Positions 58,066-64,000 of a stretch of 64,000 bases of DNA are shown here, piece by piece. This DNA comes from the human T2T-CHM13v2.0 reference genome, Homo sapiens. The notes below the pieces were generated by a model that was not told the origin of the DNA, searched no databases, and saw only the letters and a list, made by a program, of their open reading frames with translations. Location: the NCBI RefSeq assembly GCF_009914755.1, contig NC_060942.1; one strand, written 5' to 3'. Each line of letters starts with the position of its first letter. Position 1 is the first letter of the stretch. The position numbers and the translations under genes were made by a program.

Positions 58066-58524
58066 CACCCTCTCCAATCCTGCCAGTGCCACCCTGGGCC
58101 TGGCTTGGGGGAGAGTCTCCAGGATGCATTCCAAGAGCTCAGATTCTGGATCAAGTGTTCTCAAATCAAATCAGCAAACATGTCTGAAAGAACTGGGCTG
58201 GGGGCAGGGTGAGATTTTGTACGTGATGCAGCAATATGGTTAGAGAGAGAGAATATAAACATGTAAAAATTTAAATAATGAAAAATACGAGTGGCAGTTT
58301 AAGACAGTAAAAGAAAAGCAAAGTAAACATTTGTTGCAGCAAAGAGTGCTGTGCAGAAGAGGAGGAATTCCTGTGAGAAATGACGTTTCAGAAATCGATC
58401 CTTGTCACTTACCAGAAACAATTTATATCATATCTGTCAGTCTTAGCAAGGGATGTAAAGACATAATTAGGTTTGCTCTCAGGGCAGTGGATGGAAGATT
58501 CTCTCTTTGTTTCTCCCTTCCCAC

Positions 58525-58569
58525 CTGTTTCAATCAGAGTTTTCTAGAGAAACAGAACCAACAGGCAAC

Positions 58570-58620
<51 letters not shown>

Positions 58621-58631
58621 AGATAGAGGAC

Positions 58632-58696
<65 letters not shown>

Positions 58697-59081
58697 GATA
58701 GATGGATAGATAGACAGACAGACAGAGAGAGATGATTACATTTTAAGAAATTAGCTCATGTGATTTTGGGGGATGGCAAGCCCGAAACTGTAGGGAAAGC
58801 CGGCAGGCTGGCAGGCTGGAAACCCAGGCAGTATCTCTATTTTACAGTCTTCAGGCAGAATTACATCTTCTCTGGGAAATCTCAGGTTTTTGCTCTTAAG
58901 GCATTCAGCTAATGGAAGTCCATCAACATTATCTGGGATAATCTTTACTTGAAGCCAACTGATTATAAATGTAATCACACCAACAAAATATCTTTAAAGT
59001 AACAACTAGACTACACTAGTGTTTGAGTAAACAGCGGGCACAATAGCTCAGCCAAGTGGACATGTAAAATTAACCATTGCA
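58525..59081 (-). mobile_element. MLT2 (ERVL) LTR containing an expanded AGAT repeat
   Basis: ttctagagaaacagaaccaacagg...aagaaattagctcatgtgatt...gccaagtggacatgtaaaattaaccat. Confidence 0.8.
58571..58733. repeat. Compound (AGAT)12...(AGAT)13...(AGAC)n tetranucleotide STR
   Basis: Counted directly: 58571-58618 and 58632-58683. Confidence 0.97.
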
Positions 59082-59804
59082 GCAACCATAGAGGTTTCCT
59101 GCACACACGCACACACACACACACACAAGGCAGCTTATTAAACAATGCATGTGCATTAAAACATATTTCTGCTCTAAATGACCAGTTCCTTCTTCTTCAT
59201 ACCATTCTTAAAATTGTTATTACTTGCTGTACTTAAGTATTCACAAAATCAATTCCACTGTTTTCATTAGGTTATTTTCCTTCATAAAACTTGTGAGGGT
59301 CCCCAGTCCATTTCTGGATAACATCCACAGGTTCCCCACTATCTGACCCCATACCATTCTGCCTCTCCATTTAACTCCCTGATACTCCTGCAAACCAAGC
59401 TTGTACTTCAGCCAGTCACTCTGCCTTCTGCAGCCCTCTAGCTTAGACTCTTCCTTGCTTTGCTTTTTTGAGTCTCTCCTCCTAGAGAATCTTCATATTG
59501 TTTTCAGCTATTGATATTTTCACTATGAATCATTTCCTGATTTGCTAAGCATAGATTCATTACCTACTGAAGCCTGAACAAATGGTTTTCTGATTATTTT
59601 TAAGGACTTTGGTTTCTCTTGATTGAATGACTGAGTGTAATTATTCATGTGTGTGTCCATTTTCTCTCTCTTTCTCTCTCTCTCTCTCTTTTAGCAGTAA
59701 CCACCATGAAGCTTGAGCATCTTTTTATTTTTTCAATGTATCTCATTCAGGGGCCAGTGTGTAGTAGGTCTTCAGGATGTATGTACTTTTAGTATAAACA
59801 GAGA

Positions 59805-59910
59805 AGAAAGGAAGGAAGGAAGGAAGGAAGGAAGGAAAGAAGGAAGCAAGAAGGGAGGGAGGGAGGGAGGAAGGAAGGAAGGAAGGAAGGAAGGAAGGAA
59901 GAAAGGAAAA
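59805..59910. repeat. (GGAA)n/(GGGA)n microsatellite
   Basis: (GGAA)7 at 59810-59837 and (GGAA)8 at 59869-59900. Confidence 0.97.
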
Positions 59911-60249
59911 CATGTTGATAACTTGATAGAGAAAGCACATACAAAATTATAAAATTTCAGAATTTTAAAGCTGAAAAGATCTTTGGTGTTCATCTTTGTT
60001 TGTTCCATCTTTCAATAAGGAAAAAAAAAAACCAAAAACCAAGACTCAGAGACTTTAAGTGTCTTGTCTAGAAAGAAAATAAATGATTTAGGTTAAGTTC
60101 ACAGATGTGGAATATACCTGACCCAGAATGCTTTATATGATACCATGCTGTCAACAAATAAATAATCAATGTCAATGGACCACTAAATTACCTGCTTTTA
60201 TCACCCTCCAAATTTGCAGATGTTTCATTATTACCCTCCTCTTTCATGG

Positions 60250-60620
60250 GGTGTAGTAGTGTAGTCATAGGGCTGTTGACAAATGTTCCTGTTCTCCTTC
60301 TTCCTACAAGGGGGAAGGACTACACTCCTTGCTTCCTTTGGATTTGAACTTGGCCTGGTGACTTGCCTGAGCCAGTGTGACAGATGAGAAAGCAGATGCC
60401 ACAGACTACTTTGGTGCCTTGTTTTTCCTCCATCAGACTGGCTCTTAGTATTTCAGATGGTGGAAGCTCTGTGAGTCTGGATTTGAGTAAGTATCACATA
60501 GAGTGGGGCCTCAAGCTGGTCTATGAAAGGACAAGGATCAATAAATTAACCTATGTTTCAGCTACAGAGTTTGGACGTAGCTGTTTCTACAGTGTAACTT
60601 AGCCCATCCCATCCAACACA
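60250..60620 (+). mobile_element. Old MLT1 LTR
   Basis: ggcctggtgacttgc...ataaattaacct...acagtgtaacttagcccatcc. Confidence 0.6.
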
Positions 60621-60640
60621 GTGGGCATGCTGAAAATGAG

Positions 60641-61033
60641 TATATTCATTTGCTGGGGCTGTCATAACAAGATACCACAGACTGAGTGGTTCAAACAGCG
60701 GACACTTACTGTTTCATAGTTCTGAAAGACAGAAGTCCAAGATTAAAGTGTCTGTAGGGTTGATTTCTTCTGAGGCCTCTCCTTTTCTTGCAATTGGTCA
60801 CATACTCGCTATGTTCTCAGGTGATCATTCCTCTGTGCAGGAGAATATGTGGTTTCTGTGTGTTTGAATTTCCTTTTTTAAAAGTCAAACTAGATTAGGG
60901 CCCACCCTATTGTCCTCATTTTAACATAATCACCTCTTTAAAGGCCTTATCTCCAAATATAGTTGCATTCTGAGTTATTGGGGTTTAGGACTCCAACATA
61001 TGAAGTTTGGAGCAACACAGTTTCATCCATAAC
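60641..61033 (-). mobile_element. MLT1A-type LTR
   Basis: gggctgtcataacaagataccacagactgagtgg...tcttctgaggcctctcc...aatcacctctttaaaggccttatctccaaata...tccataaca. Confidence 0.88.
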
Positions 61034-61234
61034 AGTGAAAAATATCATAATCTGTTTAAGATGTTGAGAAACATATGAACAAGTGAAGGCAATAGAAGCA
61101 ATAAATTGGTTTGGTTGTCTGCCCTGGTCTCCATCAGAAAGTAAAGCTATGACTTGAGAAGTTTTAATTTGATTTATTGGATTAGTTTTAGTTTTGCTTC
61201 CTGCCTATTGCTGTTTAAGAAAATGCTGGAGATA

Positions 61235-61535
61235 GGTGGCGCGGTGGCTCACGCCTGTAATCCCAGCACTTTGGGAGGCTGAGGCCAGCGGATCACGAGG
61301 TCAGGAGATCGAGACCAACCTGGCTAACACGGTGAAACCCCGTCTCTACTAAAAATACAAAAAAAAATTAGCCGGGCGTGGTGGCAGGCGCCTGTAGTCC
61401 CAGCTACTCGGGAGGCTGAGGCAGGAGAATGGCGTGACCCCCGGGAGGCGGAGCTTGCAGTGAGCCAAAATCGCGCCACTGCACTCCAGCCTAGGGACTC
61501 CGTCTCAAAAAAAAAAAAAAAAAAAAAAAAAGAAA
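61235..61535 (+). mobile_element. AluY
   Basis: AluY diagnostics, CpG-rich, long A tail, 17-bp TSD aagaaaatgctggagat. Confidence 0.97.
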
Positions 61536-62669
61536 AGAAAATGCTGGAGATCAAGAATGAAGCATAGATAGTTTACTGCTCACTAAATATTGGGGAACTC
61601 TCCCACATTTCCGAGTCTCCTTGAAATTAGATCGTGTGACTTGCTCTGGTCATAGGACTTCCTTGTGGAGTTGTTGGACTTACAGCAGATTTGCATGAGG
61701 AAGAAACAATGTTTTATGGGTTAACCCTCTGAGATCTAAAATAGTTTGCTATTATGGTATATTCCTATCCTAACCTTACCCCAAAAAAGTGTATGTGCAA
61801 TAATGTATGTAGCGTATGTATGGGGGCATGCAGGCAGTGGCAATAGTTTAGGTTAGGGATATGCATTCAGTAGCAATGATAGGCAATGGAAATAACATGA
61901 GAACACTGACACTTTAGCAGAGTGGGCTTGCTTTATGTTTATTCTTTTATTTTTCATTTAGGATGGAAGGATTCCAAGAAAAACTTCATCTGCTTCACTA
62001 TTTTACCTAGGGCTGGCCTCGAATACCAACCTAACAGAACCATCTTTTCTCCCTAGACAATTTACACTTCAGAAAAGCATTTGGAACTAAGTTTTCATAA
62101 GGTAGAAAGTAATTTAATGTTGAAAAGGTAGAGCCAACCATACATGAATAAATGCATATCCATTGCATATTAATAATGCAATATAATAATCTACCCTTCT
62201 CACTTTTAGAAGACTCCTCTGAGCCCTTTCTCAATGTTAAGATGGCTCTGAGCTCCAGGCCAATTCTGACTTTTTCTCCTTGTTTCTGCTAAGTGTTCAG
62301 GAGAGTTACAAGCAGACTCCAGGAAATGCATTTGAAATGGAGCCCTGGCAAAATTCTCTGAGACTAGAGAATAGTGAAGCAAAATGTAGGTAGCTATATC
62401 ATGCCTGAAATAGTTGAATGAACAATGGTTGTTTATTCTAGATGAGAAAGAACATAGGGAGAGTACTATTACTGTTTTTCATTATTTCTACAGTGTCATA
62501 TATATATATATAAGTAATCAAGAAATTGCAAAGTAATTTGAGTTTACTGTTAGTTTTTGAAGTAGTAGCCACCTCAACATTAGGGTTAATGTACATAAAT
62601 GTATGTATTTGAAGCTAATGTGTTTGATTTAACAATAGAGTTGCCCTCTATGATCTCTAAGATTTGTTC

Positions 62670-63185
62670 ATTATTAGTTCAACAAACATTTGACAGATAC
62701 TGGGTCAAATAAGTTATAATGTGATGTATTTATAAAGGTCAAATAAGTTAAAGTCCTTTTCCCTCACATATCTGAAATAGCTGACATTCTAGTAAGGGAG
62801 ACGGATGGATGACCAACAATTCTATACTGGAAGTAGAGACAAGGCATATTAGTTCACAGAGAGCCAGACATTCTCCAAAGGCTTGTTGGAGGGTATCTTT
62901 GAGAAGGTAACTCTTAGCCTGGGATTTCTAAGAAAGGCAAAACCAAAGTCAGGCCATTACAGGCAAAGAATATGCAATGGAAGAGACATGGAAAAGAACA
63001 TGTTTTTTGGTGTGTTCTAACTAGGGAAATGTCAGAAATGCTGTATAGCGAGAGTCCTGTCATGGTTAGAAATCAGGCTGGGAAGGTGGAGAGGCCAGGA
63101 TGTGGAAGATTTTTGGATTTTATTCTACAGGCAATGAGAAGCCATGGGAAGATCTTAAACCCATGAGGAGCATAATATAAAGCAC
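62670..63185 (-). mobile_element. L2 fragment
   Basis: ttcaacaaacattt...gacattctagt...tttggattttattcta.aggcaatgagaagcca. Confidence 0.75.
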
Positions 63186-63624
63186 AAACCTTTGTACAGT
63201 CTCATTCATTTGCAAAGATCCATGATCCCAAGAGAATAATGCACTATCACTTCCTTTTAACTTCCACAGTTCTTGCAGTTCATATCTGAAGATATTTACC
63301 TTTTTCCTGCCACAGTACTCTTTAATTTTAGCTTTGAAAATATTTATTTTGGTTTTTTAAATCATTCCAACAAATGAGTGTCTGTACGACAGAATTGTGC
63401 CCTCTTTATCTTAATATTCCTTACAGTAACTGACATATATATTTGCCTAAACAGATGCTCAAAAAAAGAAATACTGCTAAGACTATATGACTTAGGCATC
63501 CTCCCGGGGGAGAATGCCAGAAAAGAGGCATAAGGCTCCCCTAGTAAAGTCTGAGGATACAACAGGTACTCAAGGAGCATGTAATTTAAGCAAGAATACC
63601 TAAGATGAAGAGCAAACCATGCTG

Positions 63625-63800
63625 CTTTCCACCTGAATTACTCAGCCTCAATTCCCTCATGTGTAATATGGGTAGAATAACTAGAATATTCATCTCATAT
63701 GGCTTTTGTGAGAATTAGACGGGATGATATAAGTGAAAATGTTACAGGAATTGTGCAATACTATAAAACCGCTAGCAATGTTGGTAACAACAATGACGTC
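63625..63800 (+). mobile_element. MIR
   Basis: ctcagcctcaattccctcatgtgtaatatggg...ttgtgagaattaga..ggatgat. Confidence 0.75.
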
Positions 63801-64000
63801 CATCATGAAGATAAGGAATTTTCAAGTAGTCAGACATGCAGAAATGCTTTCACTCTCATACAATTCAGATATAAGAACCTATGAAATGAGAACATCTTTA
63901 ATCATGTCAAGCCCAAATATGTTTACTATCTAAACTGTGCTCTGAATTTGGCTAGTGGTGCTCCCTTCCCATATAGTTTCCATTGGAAAAATCATTTTGA

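Overview
Primate, almost certainly human, AT-rich intergenic or deep-intronic DNA. I find no credible protein-coding exon, RNA gene or CRISPR array; every long ORF in the track falls in Alu, LTR or low-complexity sequence. The window is dominated by interspersed repeats: about nine Alus, a full-length MST (MaLR) provirus carrying two Alus and an intact LTR12 solo LTR, a cluster of ERV1 LTRs at 12.8-15 kb, LTR1, THE1, MLT1/MLT2, MER30, MER3, MER5, MARNA, old L1, L2, MIR and several microsatellites. The most notable non-trivial signals are: (i) a frameshift-free but stop-interrupted retroviral env TM remnant at 1-480, missed by the ORF track; (ii) a compact candidate spliced, polyadenylated non-coding transcription unit at ~3.1-4.0 kb; (iii) the LTR12 promoter; (iv) two perfect 22-24 bp palindromes, a templated-insertion scar, and an LTR with an unusually long 9-bp flanking duplication. 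Repeat subfamily names come from recalled consensus sequences and need Dfam/RepeatMasker confirmation. I could not identify the locus, and I do not see evidence for a new multi-gene biological system.
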